Shown piece by piece: positions 1 to 9,013 of a DNA stretch of 64,000 bases. The notes below the pieces were generated by a model. That model was given only the letters and a program-made list of their open reading frames with translations. It did not search any database and was not told the DNA's origin. The stretch covers positions 260 through 64,259 of the forward strand of contig JAUYHB010000024.1 in NCBI GenBank assembly GCA_030690305.1. The letters run 5' to 3'. Each line of letters starts with the position of its first letter. Position 1 is the first letter of the stretch. The translations under genes and the position numbers were made by a program. The DNA is from a bacterium (GTDB taxonomy: Bacteria; Patescibacteriota; Minisyncoccia; Phycocordibacterales; JAGLPS01).

Positions 1-47
1 CCCGAGGTAATTCTCAAGGTGTATCGTGAGATTTTTAAATAAACATT

Positions 48-2294
48 ATGTGGATTAATTTCAAGGATTATCAAGAAAATGCTGTTGTCGATCTAAAGCG
101 CGAATCGAACAAACTACTCGACGCTGAAGGAGACAAAGTACTTATATTCAAAGCCCCTACGGGCTCCGGAAAGACGCTGATGGCGGCGGAGTTTTTGAAG
201 CGCCTCATTGATTCACGTATCGACGGCAAGAGATTCTCGTTCGTCTGGATTGCGGTAAACAAGCTCCATGACCAGAGCCGTGAGAAGCTCGCAAAATACT
301 ACGACCACTACGCTGTCGGCTTGAAGTGTTCGCGCTACGAGGATTTGGAGGACAAGAAGATCGCCGAAAACGAGATCCTGTTCCTGAACGGGGCCAGCAT
401 CAACAAGAAGGGCAACATATACGTGCGCGCCAATGAGCGCGACAACAATCTCACATCCGTTATTGCTCGTACAAAGAACGAGGGGCGCATTGTCGTGCTG
501 ATCATCGACGAAAGTCACCATACAGCTAAGAGCGAGAACTCGAAGGATTTGATCCGCGAGATTGGTCCCAAGCTCACACTCGAAGTATCGGCGACGCCTC
601 AACTTAACAACGCGAACCGTATTGTCGAGGTCGAGCTCAAGGCGGTAAAAGACGAGGGTATGATTAAGAAGGAAATCGCGATCAATCCTGGCTTCGAACA
701 CTATGTTCTCGATCCGAAAAAGAGCGATAAGACCGCAGATGAACTCGTGCTCGAGAGTGCTCTCAAGAAACGTGCGGAGCTTCAGAAAAAATACGAGGCC
801 CAGGGCTCCGGCGTGAATCCTCTCCTGCTGATTCAGATACCGGATGCGAAAGCTGGTGTTGCGGATAAGAAGGACGAGGTCGTAGCGATGCTTTCCAAGT
901 ATGGCATTACCACAAAGAACGGCCGTCTCGCGATCTATCTCTCTGAGAAGGATAACAAGATCAACCTCGCTAACATTGAGAAGAACGAGAACGAGGTGCA
1001 AGTTATGATTTTCAAACAGGCCATCGCGCTTGGATGGGACTGCCCGCGTGCGGCAATACTCGTATTGTTCCGTCAGTGGCGCGAGGAGAATATGACGTTT
1101 TCTATACAAACACTGGGTCGTATCATGCGCATGCCAGAGCTCAAGCACTATGAGGATCAGGATTTGAACATCGGCTATGTGTTTACGAGTTTGCCGGACA
1201 TCGAAGTCGCCGAGGACATATCGCGTGACTACATCACTGTGTATGAAGGCAAGCGCCGGCCGGACTATAAGTCCATCGACCTCGAATCATGGCACTCAAA
1301 ACGCTTCCGTGAGGAGACACGACTTTCATCCGATTTCGTCCCAGTATTTCTCGAAGCCGCAATCAAACTCAGCACAAAAAAGCGGATTTCAACAAAGCAC
1401 AGTATTGTAGATACAAAACTGGTCGCAAGCGGCAGAATAATTGATGTCGATAAAGTCGCAAAGAACTTAGATAAAGAAGGGACACTCGATATACCCAAGA
1501 ACGAGGTTGAGTTACAGAATGCTTTCGACCTGTTTGTGCGCAACAATCTCGCGCCTTTTGCCCCAGAGCAACGTTCAATCGCTCGCATCAAGACCTCCCT
1601 CTATAAGCTCTTCGACGTCTATCGCGACGAGGATGAGTGGCCGAAAATACAGGCGATGGTGCTGGCCAAAGAGAACCGTCAGCCGATTATCGATACCATC
1701 AACTTAGCGAAGGAGAAGTATCTAGAAGTTGTTGGGTCCGGCAAGAGAGAGCTGGTGATGAATGACAAACCATGGAATGTACCGTCGATCATAAACTACA
1801 ATCTCGACTTCAAGAAAAAGGATTACAAGAAATCCATCATTCAGCCCTACTACGGTAAGACCCGGGGCAGCCAAAGCTCGTTGCTTGACGGCTATACAGA
1901 GGAGAGTGCAATCGAGCAGGATTTTATCGAACTACTTGAGAATTCAAAGAACAAGGTCGCGTGGTGGTTCCGGAATGGCTCGCAAGATGGCTCCTACTTC
2001 GCGGTCCCTTACATCGAGAATGGACAGAGTCACGCTTTCTACGTTGACTTCATCGTACTTATGAAGGACGGCAGGGTCGGTCTTTTTGACACTAAAGCTG
2101 GCATCACTGCGGAGACAGCTGGATCGCGTGCCGAAGGCCTCGCGGATTACGTTGCCGCACAAAATAAGAAAGGCAAAAAACTGTGGGGTGGCATTGTTGT
2201 CTATGACAAGAAAAGCTGGAGGTATCACCCGGGTAAGGGATACTCATTCGACCAAAAGAACTTAAAAGGGTGGGAATTTCTCGACTTTTCCTAA
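48..2294 (+). CDS. SF2 helicase fused to a C-terminal PD-(D/E)xK nuclease, type III restriction Res-subunit-like
   Basis: Walker A 'KAPTGSGKT', motif II 'IIDESHH', motif III 'SATP', motif VI 'QTLGRIMR'. C-terminal 'YVDFIVLMKDGRVGLFDTKAG' fits the D...(D/E)xK nuclease pattern. In-frame TAA at 36-38 fixes the start at 48. GC3-rich codon usage unlike neighbouring genes. Confidence 0.7.
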   Translation: MWINFKDYQENAVVDLKRESNKLLDAEGDKVLIFKAPTGSGKTLMAAEFLKRLIDSRIDGKRFSFVWIAVNKLHDQSREKLAKYYDHYAVGLKCSRYEDLEDKKIAENEILFLNGASINKKGNIYVRANERDNNLTSVIARTKNEGRIVVLIIDESHHTAKSENSKDLIREIGPKLTLEVSATPQLNNANRIVEVELKAVKDEGMIKKEIAINPGFEHYVLDPKKSDKTADELVLESALKKRAELQKKYEAQGSGVNPLLLIQIPDAKAGVADKKDEVVAMLSKYGITTKNGRLAIYLSEKDNKINLANIEKNENEVQVMIFKQAIALGWDCPRAAILVLFRQWREENMTFSIQTLGRIMRMPELKHYEDQDLNIGYVFTSLPDIEVAEDISRDYITVYEGKRRPDYKSIDLESWHSKRFREETRLSSDFVPVFLEAAIKLSTKKRISTKHSIVDTKLVASGRIIDVDKVAKNLDKEGTLDIPKNEVELQNAFDLFVRNNLAPFAPEQRSIARIKTSLYKLFDVYRDEDEWPKIQAMVLAKENRQPIIDTINLAKEKYLEVVGSGKRELVMNDKPWNVPSIINYNLDFKKKDYKKSIIQPYYGKTRGSQSSLLDGYTEESAIEQDFIELLENSKNKVAWWFRNGSQDGSYFAVPYIENGQSHAFYVDFIVLMKDGRVGLFDTKAGITAETAGSRAEGLADYVAAQNKKGKKLWGGIVVYDKKSWRYHPGKGYSFDQKNLKGWEFLDFS

Positions 2295-2341
2295 TGAATG
2301 AGGGATGCCTTGTACCACGATCTATGTACTAAAAAAGTAAA

Positions 2342-3184
2342 ATGAAATCACGGGGGAAACATGGCACTGCCACTCAATTTAAAGGGCGCACAAAACAGAC
2401 AACCTCTCCGAAGTTCCGTGAGCGGAACCTCGATAATTTCAAACTGTTGGTTGCTTACCCCGCTTTTCAGGAGGAGGTGTGTAAAATCCAGGCGGAACTC
2501 GAAATCAAAGCCGGTGGTTTTTCCACAACCAAAGAAGCTGAGGAGTGGAATAAACGAGTCATTAAAAAGACAGACATTGTATGGAAACACTATAGTGAGC
2601 TCGTAGAAAAAATAAAAACCGATTCAAAAAACAATGGGATTGGTTACCGAATGATGCAACGCCAGCTCGAAATGTTGTACTCTGGGCTTCCCTTCAGTGG
2701 GTTAGAGAGTTATGCGAGCTATCTTATCGGGCGATTTAACTTACCCCAACACTATCAAAGCGCTTTGGTTCTCCACCTTCTATATGGGACCATATCGGCT
2801 CCGGTTCACAATTATAAAACAGAAGTGCCCTCACCGTTGCGGTCCAGGTCACAACCGAGCGGGTTTTCGGAAGTTAGAGCCACTATCTACACACGCCTAA
2901 CAAAAGACGAGCAGAGAGAGTTAATCGCATGGATCGAAAGGATCACAAATGAAAGGACACTTCCTAAATACGAGCCACTTGTCAACATTGACCGTGATCT
3001 AAAAATAAAAGAAGCATACGAGGCATATAAAGAAAATCGCACCGGTGAGCGTGGCACGATAGCCGACCTCGCCGAGGAGTATTTAGGGGATAGGAAGAAA
3101 GCTAACCAAATAAACGCCATTTTACGAGATCTCAGTAAAATTCAAAAAAGCCGATTTGAAAAAGTGAGAAAAAAGCGGTCATAG
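2342..3184 (+). CDS. hypothetical protein, 280 aa, no recognisable motif; partner gene of the helicase-nuclease
   Basis: Long ORF 47 nt downstream of the helicase on the same strand. No catalytic motifs recognised by eye. Confidence 0.5.
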   Translation: MKSRGKHGTATQFKGRTKQTTSPKFRERNLDNFKLLVAYPAFQEEVCKIQAELEIKAGGFSTTKEAEEWNKRVIKKTDIVWKHYSELVEKIKTDSKNNGIGYRMMQRQLEMLYSGLPFSGLESYASYLIGRFNLPQHYQSALVLHLLYGTISAPVHNYKTEVPSPLRSRSQPSGFSEVRATIYTRLTKDEQRELIAWIERITNERTLPKYEPLVNIDRDLKIKEAYEAYKENRTGERGTIADLAEEYLGDRKKANQINAILRDLSKIQKSRFEKVRKKRS

Positions 3185-3220
3185 TTTCTCACTCATTTTT
3201 GACGGGCACCGGACAATATA

Positions 3221-3296
3221 GTCGCAACCAAAAAGTTGCGACACTTTTGTTCACGGGGGCCGAAATCTGCTCGTACACCCCCGTGGCGAGCAGATT
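3221..3296. promoter_or_regulatory. cluster of perfect inverted repeats upstream of the recombinase gene (candidate recombination or regulatory site)
   Basis: gtcgcaac-N6-gttgcgac (3221-3242); cacggggg...cccccgtg (3252-3286); aatctgctcg...cgagcagatt (3264-3296). The last two are nested. Confidence 0.4.
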
Positions 3297-3484
3297 TTGT
3301 ATGATTTCCCCACAGTCCAAAACAGATAAAGAAAGTACCGCTCTCTCTTTTGACGATTTCAAAAAGTCGTTAGGGCCGAGGGCGGCTAAGTACACCGACG
3401 CACAGATCGAGGTGATGCGGCGTATTTGTGATGGCATTGCAGATGCCTGTTTTAATACTTGGCTTCAAGATAGAAAAGCGCATA

Positions 3485-5212
3485 ATGATGTTATACAACA
3501 TGAATCGTCAAACGCTTAGAGCAACAAAAAACTGCGTTGGCCAATGTCGTGTAAGCTCTCAGAAACAACTGCAGGAGGGTGATAGTTTAGATGTCCAAGA
3601 AGCCAGTATTCGCAGATACGCCGAAGTGAAAGGCTGGAACATTGTTCCTAATAACAATGTTTGGAAGACAGCTATCTCTGGGCGAAAAACGGAGCGCGAC
3701 GACTTTGAGGAAATACTGGCCTACATAAAATCTCACCCGGGCACTGTTGACTACTACGTCTTCCGTTCCATCGATCGCGCAACCCGAGCAGGTAGCGGCG
3801 AGTTACAACGCATGAAAATGGAACTCGCTAAGTGTGGCGTGCAGATGGTAGACACTTACGGCATCATTCAACCATCAGTAAATACACTTTCTGATCTTGA
3901 CTTCGAATACGCATGGAGCAGGTTTTCACCGAGCGAGGTAACAGAGGGTGTCTTTGCTACCACCGCCAATCAAGAAGTCACGACGATCCTCACTCGAATG
4001 ATTGGCCAGTCAATCCGTAATACCCAAAAAGGATACCGCACCCGCCGTCCAACTGACGGGTATCTTAATCAGAAAGTATTTGATGAGTTCGGTAAAAAGA
4101 AGTACATCCAAGTACCAGACCCAAAGCGTGCTAAGTTCCGCATCGATATGTTTGAGTTGCGAGCCCAAGGACTAAGTGATGAGGGGTGTGTGAGGCGGAT
4201 CAATGCAAGCGGCTATCGATCGCCAATCTACAACAAATGGAATGACGCTCACGACAAAATAATCGGGAGACGGGGCGGTAAACCGATGACTATCAAACAA
4301 TTTCAACGCGATATTCAAAACACCATTTACGCAGGGGTACTGTGCGAGAAGTGGACATATTACAAGCCAGTTCGGGCACAATACCCGGGACTGGTGAGTA
4401 TCGAGCTGTGGAACCGTGCCAACCGAGGCAAGATCGCAATTATGGAAGCTGCCGACGGTTCTCTCGAGATCGTTAAGGGTAATCGGTCAGCAACAAGCGG
4501 AACGAGATTAAAAAACAACCCTCTCTTTTCATACAAATTTATTTCCTGTCCGCACTGTGGTAAGCCAATGCTCGGGAGCTCACCACGAGGCAAGATGGGA
4601 AAGCCGCACCCAACTTACCACTGCGCACGAAAGCACAAGTACTTCGGCGTGCCGAAACAAGTATTTGAGGATGCTATAAAAAAGTATATTCGTAGCTTGA
4701 AGTTCAACCCTGACTTGTTAGTAGGACTTGAGGCAACGTTTATGGACAAATTCCGTAAACGTGAGCAAGAGATCGTTCGAGCTTCAGGGCACATCCACCA
4801 GAGCATCGCAGACCTTGAGAGTGAACAGGCCATGAAGCTAGAAGCATACACAGCGAGTAAGAGCGCAGTCATACGGGATATGCTTGAAAAGGAGATCGAA
4901 GGCCTAGAGAAGCAAATCAAGTCTGCCGGTAAGGAGCGCCTCAAAATACAAATAACTCGAGATGACATCAAGTCATTCATGCGGGAGGCAAAAATGATTA
5001 TGGAACACCCAGCACAAATACTCCTAAACCAAAAGGATATAAGGGTTCAAAGGGAATTATTCGGACTGGTATTTGAAACTATGCCGACCTACGTCGAAAT
5101 ACTTAGTGGAACACCTAAATTATCCCTAGCTTTCAGGCTTTCTTCGGACTTTGTGCCCGATAAAAACCAACTGGTGACCCCACGGGGAATCGAACCCCGA
5201 TTACTGCCTTGA
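3485..5212 (+). CDS. large serine recombinase (resolvase/invertase catalytic domain, recombinase domain and zinc ribbon)
   Basis: 'CRVSSQKQ...DSLDVQEASIRRY' with catalytic Ser; 'YVFRSIDRATRAG' (DRLxR-like); C-terminal 'CPHCGKPM...YHCARK' zinc ribbon. The exact start is uncertain (ORF opens at 3428). The last 13 codons are antisense to tRNA-Glu. Confidence 0.85.
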   Translation: MMLYNMNRQTLRATKNCVGQCRVSSQKQLQEGDSLDVQEASIRRYAEVKGWNIVPNNNVWKTAISGRKTERDDFEEILAYIKSHPGTVDYYVFRSIDRATRAGSGELQRMKMELAKCGVQMVDTYGIIQPSVNTLSDLDFEYAWSRFSPSEVTEGVFATTANQEVTTILTRMIGQSIRNTQKGYRTRRPTDGYLNQKVFDEFGKKKYIQVPDPKRAKFRIDMFELRAQGLSDEGCVRRINASGYRSPIYNKWNDAHDKIIGRRGGKPMTIKQFQRDIQNTIYAGVLCEKWTYYKPVRAQYPGLVSIELWNRANRGKIAIMEAADGSLEIVKGNRSATSGTRLKNNPLFSYKFISCPHCGKPMLGSSPRGKMGKPHPTYHCARKHKYFGVPKQVFEDAIKKYIRSLKFNPDLLVGLEATFMDKFRKREQEIVRASGHIHQSIADLESEQAMKLEAYTASKSAVIRDMLEKEIEGLEKQIKSAGKERLKIQITRDDIKSFMREAKMIMEHPAQILLNQKDIRVQRELFGLVFETMPTYVEILSGTPKLSLAFRLSSDFVPDKNQLVTPRGIEPRLLP

Positions 5213-5247
5213 GAAGGCAATGTCCTAACCGTTAGACGATAGGGCCG
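5172..5247 (-). tRNA. tRNA-Glu (anticodon CTC)
   Basis: Minus-strand sequence GGCCCTATCGTCTAACGGTTAGGACATTGCCTTCTCAAGGCAGTAATCGGGGTTCGATTCCCCGTGGGGTCACCA. Cloverleaf with T-stem CGGGG/CCCCG, loop TTCTCAA, Glu-type D-loop and encoded CCA. Confidence 0.85.
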
Positions 5248-5315
5248 TTAATACGGATAAGACTATAGGAAAATCAACCTTAAAACAACCACTATCCGTG
5301 TGCCCCTCTAGACTT

Positions 5316-5350
5316 TGTTGACTTTTTTATAAATTATGACATAATTAGCG
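5316..5350 (+). promoter_or_regulatory. sigma-70-like promoter (ttgact-N17-ataatt) for the small ORF at 5400
   Basis: 'ttgacttttttataaattatgacataatt', followed by an 'aaaggag' SD 7 nt before the ATG. Confidence 0.4.
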
Positions 5351-5399
5351 TCAGATAAATGGACTCGGCTAATTTCACAAAAAGAAAGGAGTACTTTGT

Positions 5400-5630
5400 A
5401 TGATTACTGTTAAAAGACAGGGGGAAATTGCTCTTATAGTGTTGAAAGAGATCCTTCGCAACAGAGGCATTAAGCCTGATACCGAGGAGATCAGGAAACA
5501 GGCGAAAGAGGCAGTGGAAAAATTAAATAAAAGAGGTGCCAACCTCTCTATCCCGGAAGCAACCGAATTTTACCTCACCCTCTGTGATGATCTGGTTAAA
5601 GAGATGAAAGAAGGCCTTTCTAAAAAATGA
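5400..5630 (+). CDS. hypothetical small protein (76 aa)
   Basis: Promoter, SD 'aaaggag' and a downstream terminator hairpin. Confidence 0.5.
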   Translation: MITVKRQGEIALIVLKEILRNRGIKPDTEEIRKQAKEAVEKLNKRGANLSIPEATEFYLTLCDDLVKEMKEGLSKK

Positions 5631-5644
5631 GACCTCGAAAAATA

Positions 5645-5680
5645 AGCCCTATGCGTTCTGCATAGGGCTTTCTTTTTAAC
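5645..5680. terminator. bidirectional rho-independent terminator between the small ORF and murF
   Basis: Hairpin agccctatgc-gttctg-catagggct followed by ttctttttaa. Confidence 0.6.
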
Positions 5681-6977
5681 GTTTTCTCCACTCCTCATCC
5701 TGTCTCACAAGAAGTTTTTCTTTTTGGTCGGGGTTGGCCATGATGGCTTCCACTACCCTTTCCATCCGCATGGATTGTGAACCCTTAACGAGAACGATGT
5801 CTCCCGGTTCAATAATGCTTTTTATATATTCCCCCGCTTGAATAGAATCTTCAAAATGAGCCAGTTTTCGCTTCCCCATTTTTTTCTTGAGCGCCCCCGT
5901 TTCAATGAAGTGCGAGCGCATACCCACCGTAATAAGCAGGTCCGCCACTTCGGCGGAGTATTTGCCCGCATTTCTGTGTTCTTCAATCGAGTATTTTCCC
6001 AATTCCATCATGTCTCCCAAAACTGCGATTTTTCTTCCGGAAATATCAAGGCGGGCAAGAGTCGCCAAAGCTTCATGCACGGCAACGGGAGAAGAGTTGT
6101 ACGTATCGTCAATAATAACGGTATCCGCCATTCCCGAAACGATGTGCATTCTTCCCGGAGGAAATTGTCCCGAAGAGACAGCCTGCGCGGATTTAAGAAT
6201 CGGCAAGCCTTGCGAGATTCCCACCGCAATCGCGGCAAGCACGGGATAGATATGCTGACGGCCCAAGACACCGGGAACACGGATGGGAATGCTTACTCCC
6301 CTATGGTCGACTTTAAACGTCATGCCGACTGGGATTTTTTCTTTTCCTTCTTTTTCATATATCGGTTCGTCATGAGCCCCCAACACCACGTTGCCGTCCG
6401 CAAAACCGTATGGAAGCGTGCTTCCTGCAAAAGAATGCCTCAATGAAAGAGCATGTTTATCATCTTCGCTGTACACCAAAACGCCGTCTCCTTTAAGCGC
6501 GCGCACCAGATGGCCTTTTTCTTTCGTTACATCTTCGGGAGAATCAAAAAACTCGACATGAACGGGCACGTCGCTGAAACGCGTCAGGACGACGATATCG
6601 GGATGAAGCCAATGTGATATTTTTCTTATGTCGCCCGGCCTGTCGGCGCCGACTTCAAGCACAAGCCATTTGGGATAATGGCTGGGAAACAGAATAAGCG
6701 CGAGCCCCGATATGAGATTTTTTCCCCACGTGAGCGGGTTTCGCCAGCCGTTCTCAACACCGATAATCGTCAACGGAACGCCGATTTCGCTATTGAAACT
6801 TTTTGCGCTTTTTCGAACAAAAAATGCGCCGGATAAAACGTTGTAGACGGCGTCTTTAGTCGAGGTTTTCCCCACGCTTCCCGTAACGGCAATTATCTTC
6901 GGCTTATATTTGAGAATGATGAGACGGGACTCAAGCGTAAGAAAGAATACTATGATTTTTTTGAAAATGGAAAGCAT
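5676..6977 (-). CDS. murF: UDP-N-acetylmuramoyl-tripeptide--D-alanyl-D-alanine ligase (MurF)
   Basis: 'KIIAVTGSVGKTSTK' P-loop, 'IIDDTYNSSP' and the Mur ligase C-terminal domain. Confidence 0.8.
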   Translation of the reverse strand: MLSIFKKIIVFFLTLESRLIILKYKPKIIAVTGSVGKTSTKDAVYNVLSGAFFVRKSAKSFNSEIGVPLTIIGVENGWRNPLTWGKNLISGLALILFPSHYPKWLVLEVGADRPGDIRKISHWLHPDIVVLTRFSDVPVHVEFFDSPEDVTKEKGHLVRALKGDGVLVYSEDDKHALSLRHSFAGSTLPYGFADGNVVLGAHDEPIYEKEGKEKIPVGMTFKVDHRGVSIPIRVPGVLGRQHIYPVLAAIAVGISQGLPILKSAQAVSSGQFPPGRMHIVSGMADTVIIDDTYNSSPVAVHEALATLARLDISGRKIAVLGDMMELGKYSIEEHRNAGKYSAEVADLLITVGMRSHFIETGALKKKMGKRKLAHFEDSIQAGEYIKSIIEPGDIVLVKGSQSMRMERVVEAIMANPDQKEKLLVRQDEEWRKR

Positions 6978-6982
6978 CGGTT

Positions 6983-8689
6983 TTAGCGGTCAAATGGCAC
7001 CTCATAATAATTTATCAGAAATTTCGTTATATCGATAAACGGGTGCGTCAGTGTTTCAGAAGCGTATCGTACTCCTTTCGGGTCCATTGTAAAGAGGAAA
7101 ACGAGAAATTCGGGGTCATAGGCGGGAAAGTAGCCGAAAAACGAGTGGAGGTATTTCCCTTCTTGATACCCCCCTCCTCCGGTTCCGACAACCTGCGCCG
7201 TACCCGTTTTTGCCGCGACACTATAGTGGGGCAATTTGACGGTACCACCCAAAAGGGCTTCGTCGACGACACGGACGAGCATCCGCGTAATTTCTTCCGA
7301 TGTTTCCTGTTTCAAGACGCGCTCTCCGCGGTCAATGGCGATTGTTTTGGAAAGTCCGTTTTTATAGTTTATTTTTTTTACGAGATGCGGGTTAATCAGA
7401 AGACCCCCGTTTCCGAGAGCCGAAAGGGCTCTGACGGTGGCTATGGGCGTAAAGGCGATTCCCTGTCCGTAGGCGGCGGTGGCAAGCTCGATGTCGCGTC
7501 CGCTGTCAAGGTTGTCGATGAGACCGTACGTTTCATTGGGAAGGTCGATGCCGGTTTCGTCCCCGACTTTGTACGCTTTCATATAATTTACAAATGCTTC
7601 TTTGCCCATTTTAAACATGGCGAAAGCGGCACCCGTGTTGAGAGACTGATTGAGCACCTCTTGCATATCGACAATCCCTCTTCCCTTTCCGTCAAAGTTT
7701 GAAATGCGCGCATTGTTGAGGATAAGGTAGCCTTTGTCGTCGTATGTCGTACTTGCGGTGATAGCACCCGTATCAAGAGCCGCGGCAACCGTGAGAGGTT
7801 TTATGATGGAACCCATTTCGTACACGTTCTCAACAAGCGGGTTTGAAAAGACGTGCGGGTCTTCTTCGTTTTGAAAGGTATTGAGATTAAATGTCGGGTA
7901 CGCTCCCATAGCATAGATTTCACCGGTTTTCGGATTGATAATAATCCCCCCCACTTCATCCGAATTCCACGTTTCATCGATTTTCTTGAGTTCCCGTTCC
8001 AAAAACGACTGCACCGTCGGTTCGATGGTCGCGACGATGTTTCCTTCGTGCTTCGCTTCACCTGCTATGTTTTCTTTAAGGTTTGAAAAAATTTCTGCGA
8101 AGAAATTGATGTACAATCCACCGCTTTCGCGCGCGAGCGTGTCTTCATAATACCGTTCAAGACCGTAACGGCCGGCAAGTGTATCGTCTTTGTATCCCAA
8201 AAATCCGATAAGGTGGGAAGCGAGACTTTCGGCGGGATAAAATCTCCATTTTTCCGTATAAATATTTACGCCGGAAATTTTAAGGGCTTCGATTTTTTTT
8301 GCCGTGGTTTCGTCAACGCGTTTGGCGATTTCTTCGTACGGGTCTTCTTTTTTCGCGGCTTTCGCGAGAAAAGCGTCACGGTCAAGAGCAATGGCTGAAG
8401 AAATTTGGACGTATGCGGACTGCGCGTCGGCAAGGATGCTCGGGTTTATGGCAACCGTAAAACCAGAACGAACAAATGCCATTGGTTCGGGGCCACCGTC
8501 CTTTGTTTCAAAATAAATGGTTCCTCTGTTGAAAAGGTTTACGTCCTGACGGACATATTGCTTGTCAGCCTTAAGGCGGTACTCTTCACCCGAAACCACC
8601 TGCACAAAATAGAGCCTCGAAAGAAGCAACAACGAAAAAAGCAAAAAGATGACGGAGAGAAATCTCAAACGACCGGGAAATGCCTTCAT
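6983..8689 (-). CDS. ftsI: penicillin-binding protein transpeptidase (FtsI/PBP3-like)
   Basis: N-terminal TM, SxxK 'GSIIKP', 'KTGTA'; position in the dcw cluster. Confidence 0.8.
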   Translation of the reverse strand: MKAFPGRLRFLSVIFLLFSLLLLSRLYFVQVVSGEEYRLKADKQYVRQDVNLFNRGTIYFETKDGGPEPMAFVRSGFTVAINPSILADAQSAYVQISSAIALDRDAFLAKAAKKEDPYEEIAKRVDETTAKKIEALKISGVNIYTEKWRFYPAESLASHLIGFLGYKDDTLAGRYGLERYYEDTLARESGGLYINFFAEIFSNLKENIAGEAKHEGNIVATIEPTVQSFLERELKKIDETWNSDEVGGIIINPKTGEIYAMGAYPTFNLNTFQNEEDPHVFSNPLVENVYEMGSIIKPLTVAAALDTGAITASTTYDDKGYLILNNARISNFDGKGRGIVDMQEVLNQSLNTGAAFAMFKMGKEAFVNYMKAYKVGDETGIDLPNETYGLIDNLDSGRDIELATAAYGQGIAFTPIATVRALSALGNGGLLINPHLVKKINYKNGLSKTIAIDRGERVLKQETSEEITRMLVRVVDEALLGGTVKLPHYSVAAKTGTAQVVGTGGGGYQEGKYLHSFFGYFPAYDPEFLVFLFTMDPKGVRYASETLTHPFIDITKFLINYYEVPFDR

Positions 8690-8695
8690 GAAGGC

Positions 8696-9013
8696 TTATG
8701 GCAAAACGTTAACCGATAGTCCTTTGCCGAGCTCCGCGCGCTCGATGAACTGGGTGTCGTTTACTTGTTTATAGCCTTGAGAATAGGCAAAATCCAGACT
8801 AATTGAGTTTTTCTGGGAAATATAGGAACTTTCCATTTCGGACAGCCGGGCCTGCAATGCGCTTATGTTTCCGGCCATTTTTTCCCTGTGTACGACATTA
8901 AGAACCGTGTTATTCACGAGAACCAAATAGGCGCCCCAGGAAAAAACCACCGAGGCCAAAAGTATCAAAAATATCTTTTTATCGTTGTAAATGTAAGAAA
9001 TTGTTTGTGTCAT
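8696..9013 (-). CDS. ftsL: cell division protein FtsL-like (small bitopic membrane protein)
   Basis: 105 aa with a single TM and coiled coil, between rsmH and ftsI. Confidence 0.55.
   Translation of the reverse strand: MTQTISYIYNDKKIFLILLASVVFSWGAYLVLVNNTVLNVVHREKMAGNISALQARLSEMESSYISQKNSISLDFAYSQGYKQVNDTQFIERAELGKGLSVNVLP

Noticed and set aside
213-1148. 311-aa minus-strand ORF inside the helicase gene
   Set aside because: Entirely antisense to a motif-rich helicase ORF. No start context or domain. A typical shadow ORF from GC3-rich coding sequence.
3199-3519. 106-aa ORF overlapping the inverted-repeat cluster and the recombinase start
   Set aside because: Runs through the hairpin-rich regulatory region and overlaps the recombinase N-terminus in another frame. 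No SD or homology. It could be a small excisionase-like gene starting at the internal Met, but this is not supportable from sequence alone.
5838-6446. 202- and 120-aa plus-strand ORFs inside murF
   Set aside because: Antisense shadow ORFs. The MurF motifs fix the minus-strand frame.
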